64,000 bases of DNA from a virus (lineage: Duplodnaviria > Caudoviricetes): the IMG/VR virus record IMGVR_UViG_3300010163_000006, positions 32,001 through 96,000 of that record, one strand, 5' to 3'. Shown piece by piece: positions 41,915-51,617 of this stretch. The notes beneath the pieces are model-generated. The model was not told the origin of the DNA, ran no database searches, and saw only the letters and a list, made by a program, of their open reading frames with translations. The stretch's first letter is position 1; the number at the start of each line of letters is the position of its first letter. The translations under genes and the position numbers were made by a program.

Positions 41915-43423
41915 ATGGAATTTTCTACTATTATAGATGACATTGATAATGCTGTTTCTTCATCAGAAATAGATGTATTAATAGCAATTGGTGAAAGCTA
42001 TCAAAAGCTCCTTGACATGATGGAATATACTGACCTTGATGAAAGTATCATCCAGGAGACATGCCTGTTCATGGAAGCTGATGATTCTAATACAAACAAC
42101 GATAGCAAGTCATCTATCAAAGCTGTATTCAATAAAATAATTGATTTTATTAAAACTGCGTTTTCAAAGATTTCAGACATATTCCGAAAGAAGTTTATCA
42201 AGAATAAAGAATCGATGACGATTGTTGCTAACATGTTTACTATCATGGATAGTGTTAAACATGTAAAACAACCAAAACCCACAAAAGAATCTTACTATGG
42301 TGACGAAGATGACGAGGTTGTGCAAGAGGGACTGTTTAACAAAACCCCTCAAGAAAAACTTGCAGATCAGGCTCGTAAAAATATAAAGGCGGAAAATAAA
42401 CAAAAGGCGACTGAAGAAAAGAAACTTTCGAAAGAAAAAGCAAAACTCAACAAAGCCTTGTCAAAGGAATACAAGAGTGCTATTCGTAAGAGACAACTCA
42501 CGAAGAACGACATCAAGGCAATATCTGAACATATTGCGAATGTGTTGACTCCTGAAGAATTCAAAAACCTCCAGAACGCAATAAGTCAGTTTGAAAAAGG
42601 CCAACTCGAAAGAATCAGTAAGGATACTATTAAGAATGTTTTACTCATTGATACGTTGAGTAAACATCTTATGGAAATAAATGAAGTTGCTGACCGTATA
42701 TTGAAACCAGGTTACATATCAGGACATTCTGACAATGTTAGATATCTTAATAAAAAAGATATGAAAGTTGTTGAGAATATTAACAAACAAACAGAAAAAT
42801 CCAGCAGGGTTAAGGTTGAAAAAGATTTAAAACTCATGCGGAAGTTTGCAGAGACTCTTGGAAAAGAACTCAATGAGCTGTCTAAAACAGATAACTTCTC
42901 ATATGAGAACCTTAAACGAATGATGTATGGGGGTAATACCTTTGGAACCATGTTGGCATCAACAGCCAATTGTTTATGGAATATCGGAAAGCGTGCACCG
43001 AAGCTTGTCACCGATTTAAGTAAACATGGCGAAAAGCTATATATTGCTCATCATATGCTTGATGATTACATGATTGAAGATGACGCACTCCGCAAAGAAC
43101 TTGGTGTTGAACTTAACAAAACCATGAAGATTCTCAAAACGGTCGTACTCGATAATATTAAGGAAGAGACATATGGCTGGCAAGATGATGAAGCTTTCAA
43201 TGACAAATCCTATCGGGATCAGAATTTAACAACGTTGTGTTTGGGTGGTCCTATTACATTGAGTTTCAAACTTATAATGCTTGCAATTACAAGAGACCCC
43301 TCTGCGTTGGGAGTACCGGGTGATGTTGGTCCTGTGGATCTGGCATTAATGGGTGTTGCCAGATCATTGAATCCCACTGGTGTTAAATGGAAAGATATAC
43401 AGGGTAATGGAGCAACGTCTTAA
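41915..43423 (+). CDS. Probable internal head/ejection protein
   Basis: Acidic N-terminal segment with IIQET, FMEA, VVQEG, then a K-rich helical region. Confidence 0.5.
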   Translation: MEFSTIIDDIDNAVSSSEIDVLIAIGESYQKLLDMMEYTDLDESIIQETCLFMEADDSNTNNDSKSSIKAVFNKIIDFIKTAFSKISDIFRKKFIKNKESMTIVANMFTIMDSVKHVKQPKPTKESYYGDEDDEVVQEGLFNKTPQEKLADQARKNIKAENKQKATEEKKLSKEKAKLNKALSKEYKSAIRKRQLTKNDIKAISEHIANVLTPEEFKNLQNAISQFEKGQLERISKDTIKNVLLIDTLSKHLMEINEVADRILKPGYISGHSDNVRYLNKKDMKVVENINKQTEKSSRVKVEKDLKLMRKFAETLGKELNELSKTDNFSYENLKRMMYGGNTFGTMLASTANCLWNIGKRAPKLVTDLSKHGEKLYIAHHMLDDYMIEDDALRKELGVELNKTMKILKTVVLDNIKEETYGWQDDEAFNDKSYRDQNLTTLCLGGPITLSFKLIMLAITRDPSALGVPGDVGPVDLALMGVARSLNPTGVKWKDIQGNGATS

Positions 43424-43447
43424 AACAAATAAAGGAGTTGATAAACA

Positions 43448-44602
43448 TTGTTTGAAGAATTTGATCATTTCTTTAACAAACCCCGTTCCGAGAATAATCC
43501 AATGTGTCTAATTGAAGTAGAACTTGCGAAAAACAGAACACGTTCAAAATCACGTAAGATCGTTCAAGAAGGTTCAGACTACACAGTTCAGAACAGGATG
43601 GGTTCAGGGTATAAACTGGAACAGATCAAAGATATGTACAAATTCATCAAGAGTTGTGAATATGGATTCATCGGGACCGATGGAAAACCCATATACTCTC
43701 CATCAGAGGGAGATTTCCAATCGTACAGATATTCCAGTCCTGATGAATTCAGAAAGAATAAGATTGGTACATGCTGGGATTTTTCTGCATATGAATATGA
43801 TGAGCTTCGTTCGTACGGAATCAATTGTAAACTCTTATTCATAAATCTTAAGTATCCCAATAATGAATTTGATACACATACATTTGTCATTGCAAATATT
43901 GATCGCAATAACTTCTATTACATTGAAGGAGCGTTCCGTAAATATATGGGTATCTACCATGTATACACGGAAAATGAAGAAGAAGTCGTTGATATTGTAT
44001 CACAAGTGATTGCAAAGAGAATGTTGACCGAAAGTGGTCATGATAAAGGAAATTACTGGGTATACTCTTATGAGGATAATCAACCTCCTTACGGTTGTAC
44101 ATGTAACGAATTCATGGAACACATTTGGGATACTGGAGAAGATGTTGTATCCGGTGAACCCATTTCCATTGATACAGAACTTGATTCAGATCTTCAGATA
44201 TATTATGAAGGTAAGATTAAACGAGTTAATGACAAGGGTAAAGATGTTCCTGAGAAATGTGACAAGTGTGGTTCTGATGTAAAGATATTCCTTCATGGTG
44301 AACCTGTTTGGTTATGTTCAAATAAGAAATGTAAAAAGTATTTCGGTACTGTACCATGCAATATCCAGGAATCAAAACTTCCGACAACCAAACGAAATAA
44401 ACTCGATGATTCTGATTTCGGTATTCCTGAAAAACGTCAATACCCATTACATGATAAAGAACATGTAGAAGCTGCAGTAAGGATGTTTCCACATGCTCCG
44501 TTTAAGGACAGAAAGAAACTCGCACACAGAATTCTTTCAAAAGCAAGAGAATACGGTATGAATACATCAGGATGGGAATCGTTGAAAATATATAAAGAAT
44601 AA
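43448..44602 (+). CDS. Multidomain protein: transglutaminase-like + Zn ribbon + DUF6582-like
   Basis: GTCWD / THTFV / YIE triad; CDKCG..CSNKKC; RNKLDDSDFGIPEKRQYPLHDKEHVEAAVRMF. Confidence 0.6.
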   Translation: MFEEFDHFFNKPRSENNPMCLIEVELAKNRTRSKSRKIVQEGSDYTVQNRMGSGYKLEQIKDMYKFIKSCEYGFIGTDGKPIYSPSEGDFQSYRYSSPDEFRKNKIGTCWDFSAYEYDELRSYGINCKLLFINLKYPNNEFDTHTFVIANIDRNNFYYIEGAFRKYMGIYHVYTENEEEVVDIVSQVIAKRMLTESGHDKGNYWVYSYEDNQPPYGCTCNEFMEHIWDTGEDVVSGEPISIDTELDSDLQIYYEGKIKRVNDKGKDVPEKCDKCGSDVKIFLHGEPVWLCSNKKCKKYFGTVPCNIQESKLPTTKRNKLDDSDFGIPEKRQYPLHDKEHVEAAVRMFPHAPFKDRKKLAHRILSKAREYGMNTSGWESLKIYKE

Positions 44603-44622
44603 CAATAAAGGAGTGTGTTAAA

Positions 44623-46581
44623 ATGTTTCCAAGAAGATTCAATGTATACCAGGAATCTGTCGATGACAATGATCAAACAACAACAGAAACCCCGGAAGAT
44701 GAAGCAGTCCAGGAAGGAATGTTTGATGCCGGATTCAGTAATCTCCGTTCTAAAATTGCTCAATCCCTTGGAGGTAAATTCAAAGTAACGAATGTCGTTA
44801 AGGGTATGGGCGGTAAGGACAAGTTCGATATTACTGAGCAAGATGCGGATATTGATTCAACAAAGACAACTGTTGAATCAACAGGTACTGGGGCTAAGGT
44901 GGTATCCAGAGGAAATGGCAAATTTAAATGCCATTTTACAAATATCCCATTATCACAAGCACTGAACAAAATTCTCGCATTGTTTGAAAAGCCGGAGTTG
45001 CTTCTTGAGGATGCTTTGTTTGATATACGTCGTTTCGGTGGTTCTATGTTCATGGAAGATGCTGAAGAAGAGATCCCTGCAAATGCAAAAGGGAGTATTC
45101 CAGAAGAGGGGGATTTCGATGCATACAAGAGCCAGGGTGAAGAAGCTATAAAGAAAATGGATGACAAAAATGATGAATCAAAAGATGATGAACTTTCATC
45201 ATTCGGAACTGACACATCTGATGTTCAAAATGACTTCAATCCAAAGGACATTGAAACTTTGAATAAGTTGATTGCAGCTGAATCGGAAGCAATCAATGAT
45301 TACTTCGATGGTGCTAAGGATGCTCATGATGAGAATCTCCGTCGTCTGTATGGAGACATCGGTCATGAAGAAAGATTCCATCTGGAACAGTTGCTGTATG
45401 CTAAGTCGACACTTACTGGTGAAAAGTATGAACCTCGAGATCCCGAAGTAAAGAGTGAATATGAGGAACTCGTTGCAATGGGTATGGATGAAGAGACGGC
45501 GGCTTCAACGGCTATCGATAAGACATCGTTAAATGACTCTGGTGACGACGGTGACATTGAGAAACTTGAACAAGAGGCAGCTATAGTAGAAACAATGCTC
45601 TTTCATAATGAGATCCTTCTGGGAATATGTGAACAGTTTATCCCCAACGGATATAATGCAGCATACTCTAAATCAATTGGTGTATTCGTAGAAGCATACA
45701 TTCAGGAAGAAATGGAAAACGTTTCACAGGCACCAAAGGAAGTTAAGAGAATCGGTAATCCTGTTCGTCTCCTGTCTAAAGCATTAAAAGCGTCGGTTAA
45801 TGGTTTGATTCGATTGAGTGGCGTCGTTCGTGATGCCGCACAGAAAACAAAGTTCAAAAACCATTGGAAGAAAGAATGGATTAAGAAGCATGGTGTTGCT
45901 GATCTGTTTAAGGGTGGTATACACCTCTATTTCTATTCGGATAAATTTGACAGATTCGACTTAGATACACCATGTCAATATATTGATTTGATGTACAGGA
46001 TAACCGTGCAGATTGGAAAAGAATGTGGGATTAAAGTAAACGGACCTCGTAATCAAAGAACAATCAAAAATCCTATTAGATTCAAAACAGCACAAGAAGG
46101 AATCGATAAACTCAATGGTGCCGTACTTGCAAAGACCAAGGTTGTTGTTACAGACAGCAACAAGGATGCACTTGCCAAAGAATTCTTCGGGTATACTGAT
46201 GAGAAGATCAATGTCAAAACTACCAGGGGAGACGGACCGGCAATCAATGAGAGTGGTAATATCTATAACAGAATCGATGTATTGGCTGTGGTTACAAAGG
46301 CATACTGTGATATATCACAAGAAGTATTGGATAAACTAATCGCTTTCGAAGGTGATGTTAACAGCATTTACTATAAGAACAGGAAAGCATATAATGCTGC
46401 CATTGAGAAGATGAAGACTATTGTAAACAAATACAGTCAATTCATCAAGTGTATGGCACACGATCTCTCATCTATACTGAAACTCGACAACGGTTTGTTG
46501 GAGCTTACAAGACAACGTGACAAAGTTGAACAGACTGGTGGTACGTGGACTGGACGGGATATACGTGCTAATACGAAATGA
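44623..46581 (+). CDS. Probable internal head protein containing a ferritin/rubrerythrin-like segment
   Basis: VYQES, AVQEG, YIQEE motifs; LIAAESEAINDY...IGHEERFHLEQL (E..ExxH). Confidence 0.55.
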   Translation: MFPRRFNVYQESVDDNDQTTTETPEDEAVQEGMFDAGFSNLRSKIAQSLGGKFKVTNVVKGMGGKDKFDITEQDADIDSTKTTVESTGTGAKVVSRGNGKFKCHFTNIPLSQALNKILALFEKPELLLEDALFDIRRFGGSMFMEDAEEEIPANAKGSIPEEGDFDAYKSQGEEAIKKMDDKNDESKDDELSSFGTDTSDVQNDFNPKDIETLNKLIAAESEAINDYFDGAKDAHDENLRRLYGDIGHEERFHLEQLLYAKSTLTGEKYEPRDPEVKSEYEELVAMGMDEETAASTAIDKTSLNDSGDDGDIEKLEQEAAIVETMLFHNEILLGICEQFIPNGYNAAYSKSIGVFVEAYIQEEMENVSQAPKEVKRIGNPVRLLSKALKASVNGLIRLSGVVRDAAQKTKFKNHWKKEWIKKHGVADLFKGGIHLYFYSDKFDRFDLDTPCQYIDLMYRITVQIGKECGIKVNGPRNQRTIKNPIRFKTAQEGIDKLNGAVLAKTKVVVTDSNKDALAKEFFGYTDEKINVKTTRGDGPAINESGNIYNRIDVLAVVTKAYCDISQEVLDKLIAFEGDVNSIYYKNRKAYNAAIEKMKTIVNKYSQFIKCMAHDLSSILKLDNGLLELTRQRDKVEQTGGTWTGRDIRANTK

Positions 46582-46637
46582 TTTTTACTACTTCCAAATA
46601 TATATTATTTGATTGGAATAATATAGGAGGTGATAAT

Positions 46638-46883
46638 ATGCCCAATATCATATATACCGATAGCATCATCAGCGATAATGGGTTACCAGTAAACAATACA
46701 CCGGCGGCGGTCTTTAGCGTGACGGATCTTGAAACGATTCTCGATCGTATTAAGGACGGATCAATCCAATGTGGAACGGGACAACCATATCCTGTTGCAT
46801 GGGAGAATGACAACATGGATCGAGAACCCCCGTGGGATAACACGGTTGGTATGGGTAACCAAAACCCATGGAAAAATTACTAA
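46638..46883 (+). CDS. Hypothetical small protein
   Basis: AGGAGG RBS before MPNII; promoter-like motif 46598-46610; hairpin after the stop. Confidence 0.6.
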   Translation: MPNIIYTDSIISDNGLPVNNTPAAVFSVTDLETILDRIKDGSIQCGTGQPYPVAWENDNMDREPPWDNTVGMGNQNPWKNY

Positions 46884-46995
46884 TGATATTAATGGGTCCC
46901 ATGCGGGACCCATTGGTATTAATTTCTTTGGAAAATAATTAAGAAAGTAATATGTCAACCCAAAGACGTTAACATTGGGGGAATAGGAGAATATT

Positions 46996-47973
46996 ATGAA
47001 GAGAATGTTTAAGGTGCATACAGGTCCTCGCCCAGCAGAAGACTGTATCGCTATTCCTGGTTTTACGAATGGCACAATAGTAATTGTTTCAACACTTAAC
47101 ACTGCAGTGAAATTGTGTGTTAACAACACTGGGTTTCTTTTTGCGATTATCGATGAATATCGCCCTATCTGTTATATTAACGACATAAATGCAATTAAAT
47201 TGGGCCTTGATGTAGACGGTGATCATGTTATGATCGACACCGTAAAATATGACCCAACAAAACGCTTAAGCGTTAATTCCATTAAACAAAAAGAAGAGCT
47301 TGAAGATAGATATCTTGAACGTTTAGGACTTGATTCTACCGAATTAATTCCTGAGATTTTCGAAGAGGTTATCAAGCTTGAAAGCGGATACATTTATGCG
47401 ATTGATGGTCATAGTTCTATGAAAATAACATACGAACAGTCAGCATTGGCTCCCGTATCAGACGGTTCAACACACCGTTTCAATTTCATCCTGAAGAAAC
47501 ATAAGTACATTCCATCAAGTGGATACTGTGTTGACAAATATCAAAAGCGTGTGCAGGTTTGGATCAATTATGACCAAATCCAGGAGTTATACAAAGATCC
47601 GTATGAATTCTGGATAAAGTATATTGAACCGAGACCCTTGGGAATATCTGATATATTTGGAGAAGATGCCGAAATAAAGTGCTATGGCGTACTTGCAACC
47701 GTAAAGCAAGATTTACCCGACACAGAGGTTGTACTTCCGGGAATAAATACTGGAGATGTTGTAGTGATATACGATGACGAAGGTCAAACCCATTACAGAG
47801 CCATTGTAAATAATGATAATATAGAGGGTCTTGATGGCGGTCATATGTATATCAGTACAGATCTTGCTTTCAAACTTGGTTATCGTATTATTGGGGATAC
47901 TACTGATTTTAAAATAGCTTTAACTGTCGGAATGAAAGGAGAAATGCCTGATGATAACGAAGGAACAACTTGA
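46996..47973 (+). CDS. Hypothetical protein with an apparent N-/C-terminal internal repeat
   Basis: 325-aa ORF, AGGAG RBS. Confidence 0.65.
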   Translation: MKRMFKVHTGPRPAEDCIAIPGFTNGTIVIVSTLNTAVKLCVNNTGFLFAIIDEYRPICYINDINAIKLGLDVDGDHVMIDTVKYDPTKRLSVNSIKQKEELEDRYLERLGLDSTELIPEIFEEVIKLESGYIYAIDGHSSMKITYEQSALAPVSDGSTHRFNFILKKHKYIPSSGYCVDKYQKRVQVWINYDQIQELYKDPYEFWIKYIEPRPLGISDIFGEDAEIKCYGVLATVKQDLPDTEVVLPGINTGDVVVIYDDEGQTHYRAIVNNDNIEGLDGGHMYISTDLAFKLGYRIIGDTTDFKIALTVGMKGEMPDDNEGTT

Positions 47974-49810
47974 CGAATACATTCGTCTATACCAAGAAGG
48001 AACACCAGCAATTACTGACGAAGAATACGACAGTTTGCTGGAAGAGTATCTTAGGGAACATGGTGAAGACAAAAGGCCGTTCCTCAGATCACAACAGAGC
48101 GATTCTGTGAATGACCTTGTAGGAACTCTTCCAAAAGTTTACGGAACCACAACACCGATGAGAGAAGGTCAGAAAACGTATGAGTCTTGGTTTAATACTA
48201 AGAAGATCGATCCGATGTATGATATCATCATTCAGCCGAAGTTTGATGGTTGTAGTGTTGCTTTGGATGTCACAACGGGGAGATTTTTCACACGTGGGGA
48301 TTATGACAACGGAGAATCAGTTGATGTAACCGAGTTGTTCGAATTCCATAGAAAGAACATGAATCTTCCAAGTGACATTACTGCGATCAAGTTCGAAGCG
48401 ATAATGGCACAAGAGATATTCGAAAGTACTGGATTGAAAGATAAGTATCTCAGACCCCGTGATGCGGTTGCCGGAATAATCACATCACGAAATATAGAGA
48501 TGGCTCAACTGATTACTCTGATTCCATTACGTCAGTATTCTGGTGGACACCAAATGATTCCTGATAAACTTGAGGAAGTATCAATCAAAGCAAAAGTCGA
48601 TGACTTTGATACCATCCAAGGATTCATTAATGACAAACTGTCTGATGGGGCAATCACAAAGTTCTATGATGGGCATTATGCGATCGATGGTGTTGTTGTG
48701 TCTGTTGTTGATGATTCTGGTAAGGTCTTTGTTGATAAAGAGATTGCAATCAAGATCTTGAATAACATTCAGGAGACCAAGATTATCAACATCGAGTATC
48801 AGTATGGAAAGACAGGTAAGATTACTCCCGTTGGAATACTTGAACCCGTTAAGTTTGATAACATCACTGTTGATCATGTTGGTTTATCGACATTAGAACG
48901 AGTCGTTGAGCTCGGCTTACAATACAATGATACGGTACGAATTGTGTACAACATCGTACCATATCTACTATCGACATACCATGATGGAAACTATCCAATC
49001 CCAGTCCCAACAAAATGTCCTATATGTGGGGCAGAACTTAACTACAAAACCCTCAAGACAGTGAGATGCACAAATCCACATTGTAAGGGTTTGAAGATTG
49101 GTATGATCATCAGATACTGTGAGAAGATGAAAATGCTGGGTTTGTCAAAGGGGATAATAACCAAGTTGTTTGATGCGGGGTTGATTGAAACAATTGGGGA
49201 TTTATACAGATTAACACCCGAAAAAATAATGACACTTGATGGATTCAAGGAAAAGAGTGCAACCAACATTTGTAAGACAATATGGAAAGCATCAACCGAT
49301 GTTAGATTAAGCAGATGGTTAGGGGCTTTACCCATAAAAGACATCTCTGACAAAACATGGCAACTCGTCATCGATGCGAAATTCCCAATGAACGAGATGA
49401 AAGCAATGAATGCCGTGAAATACAATATCGAACATGGTACTGTTATGTCGTTCATGACTGAATGTGTTCCTGAATATGTATATGGATTCTCAAAGAACAC
49501 ATACTCATCAATCAAGGAAGGGTTGACATTATATTGGGATGACATCGTGGATATCATTCAATACGTGAACTTCAGATGTACAACTGATCTGACTCGACAT
49601 ATAAAAGGTCGTGTGACATTGACAGGAACTCGGGATGACAAACTTATATCATACCTTACCGAAAAGGGTTATGATGTAAACGACTTCTCCGCAAAAACAA
49701 TTGCATTGGTTATACCTCATCCAACGTATGTATCAAGTAAGGTTGTCAAGGCGAAGAAAAGTGGAATCCCGATATATACAATAGACCAAGCTTATGAAGC
49801 CCTCAAGTGA
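47951..49810 (+). CDS. ligA: NAD-dependent DNA ligase
   Basis: ITDEEYD, QPKFDG (KxDG), FTRGD, IDGVVV, GKTGKITP, CPICG..C....C Zn finger, BRCT-like tail SSKVVKAKKSGIPI. Confidence 0.95.
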   Translation: MITKEQLDEYIRLYQEGTPAITDEEYDSLLEEYLREHGEDKRPFLRSQQSDSVNDLVGTLPKVYGTTTPMREGQKTYESWFNTKKIDPMYDIIIQPKFDGCSVALDVTTGRFFTRGDYDNGESVDVTELFEFHRKNMNLPSDITAIKFEAIMAQEIFESTGLKDKYLRPRDAVAGIITSRNIEMAQLITLIPLRQYSGGHQMIPDKLEEVSIKAKVDDFDTIQGFINDKLSDGAITKFYDGHYAIDGVVVSVVDDSGKVFVDKEIAIKILNNIQETKIINIEYQYGKTGKITPVGILEPVKFDNITVDHVGLSTLERVVELGLQYNDTVRIVYNIVPYLLSTYHDGNYPIPVPTKCPICGAELNYKTLKTVRCTNPHCKGLKIGMIIRYCEKMKMLGLSKGIITKLFDAGLIETIGDLYRLTPEKIMTLDGFKEKSATNICKTIWKASTDVRLSRWLGALPIKDISDKTWQLVIDAKFPMNEMKAMNAVKYNIEHGTVMSFMTECVPEYVYGFSKNTYSSIKEGLTLYWDDIVDIIQYVNFRCTTDLTRHIKGRVTLTGTRDDKLISYLTEKGYDVNDFSAKTIALVIPHPTYVSSKVVKAKKSGIPIYTIDQAYEALK

Positions 49811-49844
49811 GGGCTTCATATTCTAAAGGAGGTATCAAATAAAT

Positions 49845-50144
49845 GTGAAGAAATTTACAGAGGTATTGGCAACAGCGATTGCTTTACTGTTGTTCACGGC
49901 ATTCTTGATTTGGTGTGGATACTCGACGATTCTGACAATCGATGTTGTTGTTGATATGATTCTCAATGAGCTTACACCACATCAGATTGTCAAGGTAATT
50001 ATATTCGATTTCGTATCTTTTCTGGGAATATCTTGGATTATTGTAGAACACGAGCAAGAACAGAAAGAACAAGAAAAGAAGGAACACGAGCAAAGACAAA
50101 TAACCTGGAATGATTTATTTGGCAATGGCAATAGGAGGAAATAA
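49845..50144 (+). CDS. Small membrane protein (2 TM)
   Basis: AAGGAGG RBS, two hydrophobic segments, charged tail. Confidence 0.6.
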   Translation: MKKFTEVLATAIALLLFTAFLIWCGYSTILTIDVVVDMILNELTPHQIVKVIIFDFVSFLGISWIIVEHEQEQKEQEKKEHEQRQITWNDLFGNGNRRK

Positions 50145-50145
50145 A

Positions 50146-50661
50146 ATGAGTACATTTGAAATACAACCAAAACAGCCGCGTATTGACATAGAGAAATTTC
50201 TGGGTGCCGTTAAGGATTGGCATGCATGTTTGGAAAGGCCCTTGCCAAAATTGGTCCCGATATCAGAAAGCCAAGAAGAATTCATATCAGCTCCGGGTGT
50301 CTATGAGGTTATTACAGGATCAACCCAATGTTTCAAGCCACTCAAAACAATAACCAATCTTGAGTGGCTTGCAGAATATATAAAGCTTCACACCCTCGAT
50401 ACCAGAGGTTTTTCGTTAATGGTAAGCCCTCAGCCTCCTACTGTAGACACCACTATCAGTATCAAGAACGTGATACACAGCATCACTCTTGAGATAGATT
50501 CCCTGATAGATGTGTTTAAAATACCTATTGATGCGTTTATACATTCACATCCAGTTGTTATGCGACCTGACCCCACGGTTCATCATAACTTCATTCAGCC
50601 CCAAGAATATTATCTCAAAGACATAAAGATAGAGAAACCAAGAAACTTCGTTTCCCTATAA
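50146..50661 (+). CDS. Hypothetical protein
   Basis: AGGAGG RBS before MSTFE. Confidence 0.65.
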   Translation: MSTFEIQPKQPRIDIEKFLGAVKDWHACLERPLPKLVPISESQEEFISAPGVYEVITGSTQCFKPLKTITNLEWLAEYIKLHTLDTRGFSLMVSPQPPTVDTTISIKNVIHSITLEIDSLIDVFKIPIDAFIHSHPVVMRPDPTVHHNFIQPQEYYLKDIKIEKPRNFVSL

Positions 50662-50815
50662 TAAACCTTGTTGACCTACCCATCAGGTTCCTTCTCCGAA
50701 ATGGGGATGGATACTTGCGTCGCGACATCTTTAATAAAAATAAAAATAAAATATAAAATCATCTATATTAAGGGAAGTTTATTGCTTCCCTTATTTTTTA
50801 TAAGGAGATGCTTAA

Positions 50816-51526
50816 ATGAATATAAAGGAACACAAGCTGAAAGAAAATAAACTTGATGAACAACTGAAAGATCCCAAAGAGTCTCATTCAAAAGAAATTG
50901 CAAAATTAATTGATAAAACCATTAAAGGTAAACATATGGTGTACTTATCAACGGATTGGCATCTTTGGACAAGACTTGAAAAAGGAAAACGGGCATGCAA
51001 GAGAAGAAATGGATTTGAAGAAATCATTAAGAATGCAAACGAGGCAATGACTAAAGATGATCTCCTCATTTATATGGGCGATCTTGTTGACGGAGAGTTT
51101 GATGATAAGGACGAACTTAAATCCATATTAAAGACAATCCCAGGTAATAAGATTCTTGTTATCGGAAATAATGACATATTTGATGTGTCTTTCTACAAAT
51201 CTTGTGGTTTCGAATATGTCGTTAGATCATTCGTGTGGCATGATATTTTATTCACCCACATACCGGTCGTAAATGATAACCAGCTAAACATACACGGCCA
51301 TCTACATAATTTTCGAACATATTGGGTTCCATATAAAAACCATATCGATGTAGCATCATGTGGAGGTCGAGAGAAACCCGTTGAACTATGGATGGTTATA
51401 AAATCTCAAAAATCATACTCCAGAACAATCAAAGAAAGTCCGGAACATTTCAATGAATCTTACGACTTGTTTTATACGATAATGAGAACAAATTACTTTA
51501 TCCCGGATCCATACGAGGCTGAATAG
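50816..51526 (+). CDS. Calcineurin-like metallophosphoesterase
   Basis: STDWH, MGDLVD, IGNND, FTH, IHGHLH. Confidence 0.85.
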   Translation: MNIKEHKLKENKLDEQLKDPKESHSKEIAKLIDKTIKGKHMVYLSTDWHLWTRLEKGKRACKRRNGFEEIIKNANEAMTKDDLLIYMGDLVDGEFDDKDELKSILKTIPGNKILVIGNNDIFDVSFYKSCGFEYVVRSFVWHDILFTHIPVVNDNQLNIHGHLHNFRTYWVPYKNHIDVASCGGREKPVELWMVIKSQKSYSRTIKESPEHFNESYDLFYTIMRTNYFIPDPYEAE

Positions 51527-51554
51527 GTCTGATCTAATATTTTAATTATTCATG

Positions 51555-51566
51555 CATATATTATTT
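51555..51566 (+). promoter_or_regulatory. Putative phage promoter motif CATATATTATTT followed by hairpin GGACAAA/TTTGTCC
   Basis: Identical 12-mer on the minus strand at 59854-59865. Confidence 0.55.
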
Positions 51567-51617
51567 CTACGGACAAACAGAAAACAAATTCACTTTGTCC
51601 AGAAGGAGTAATAAAAG

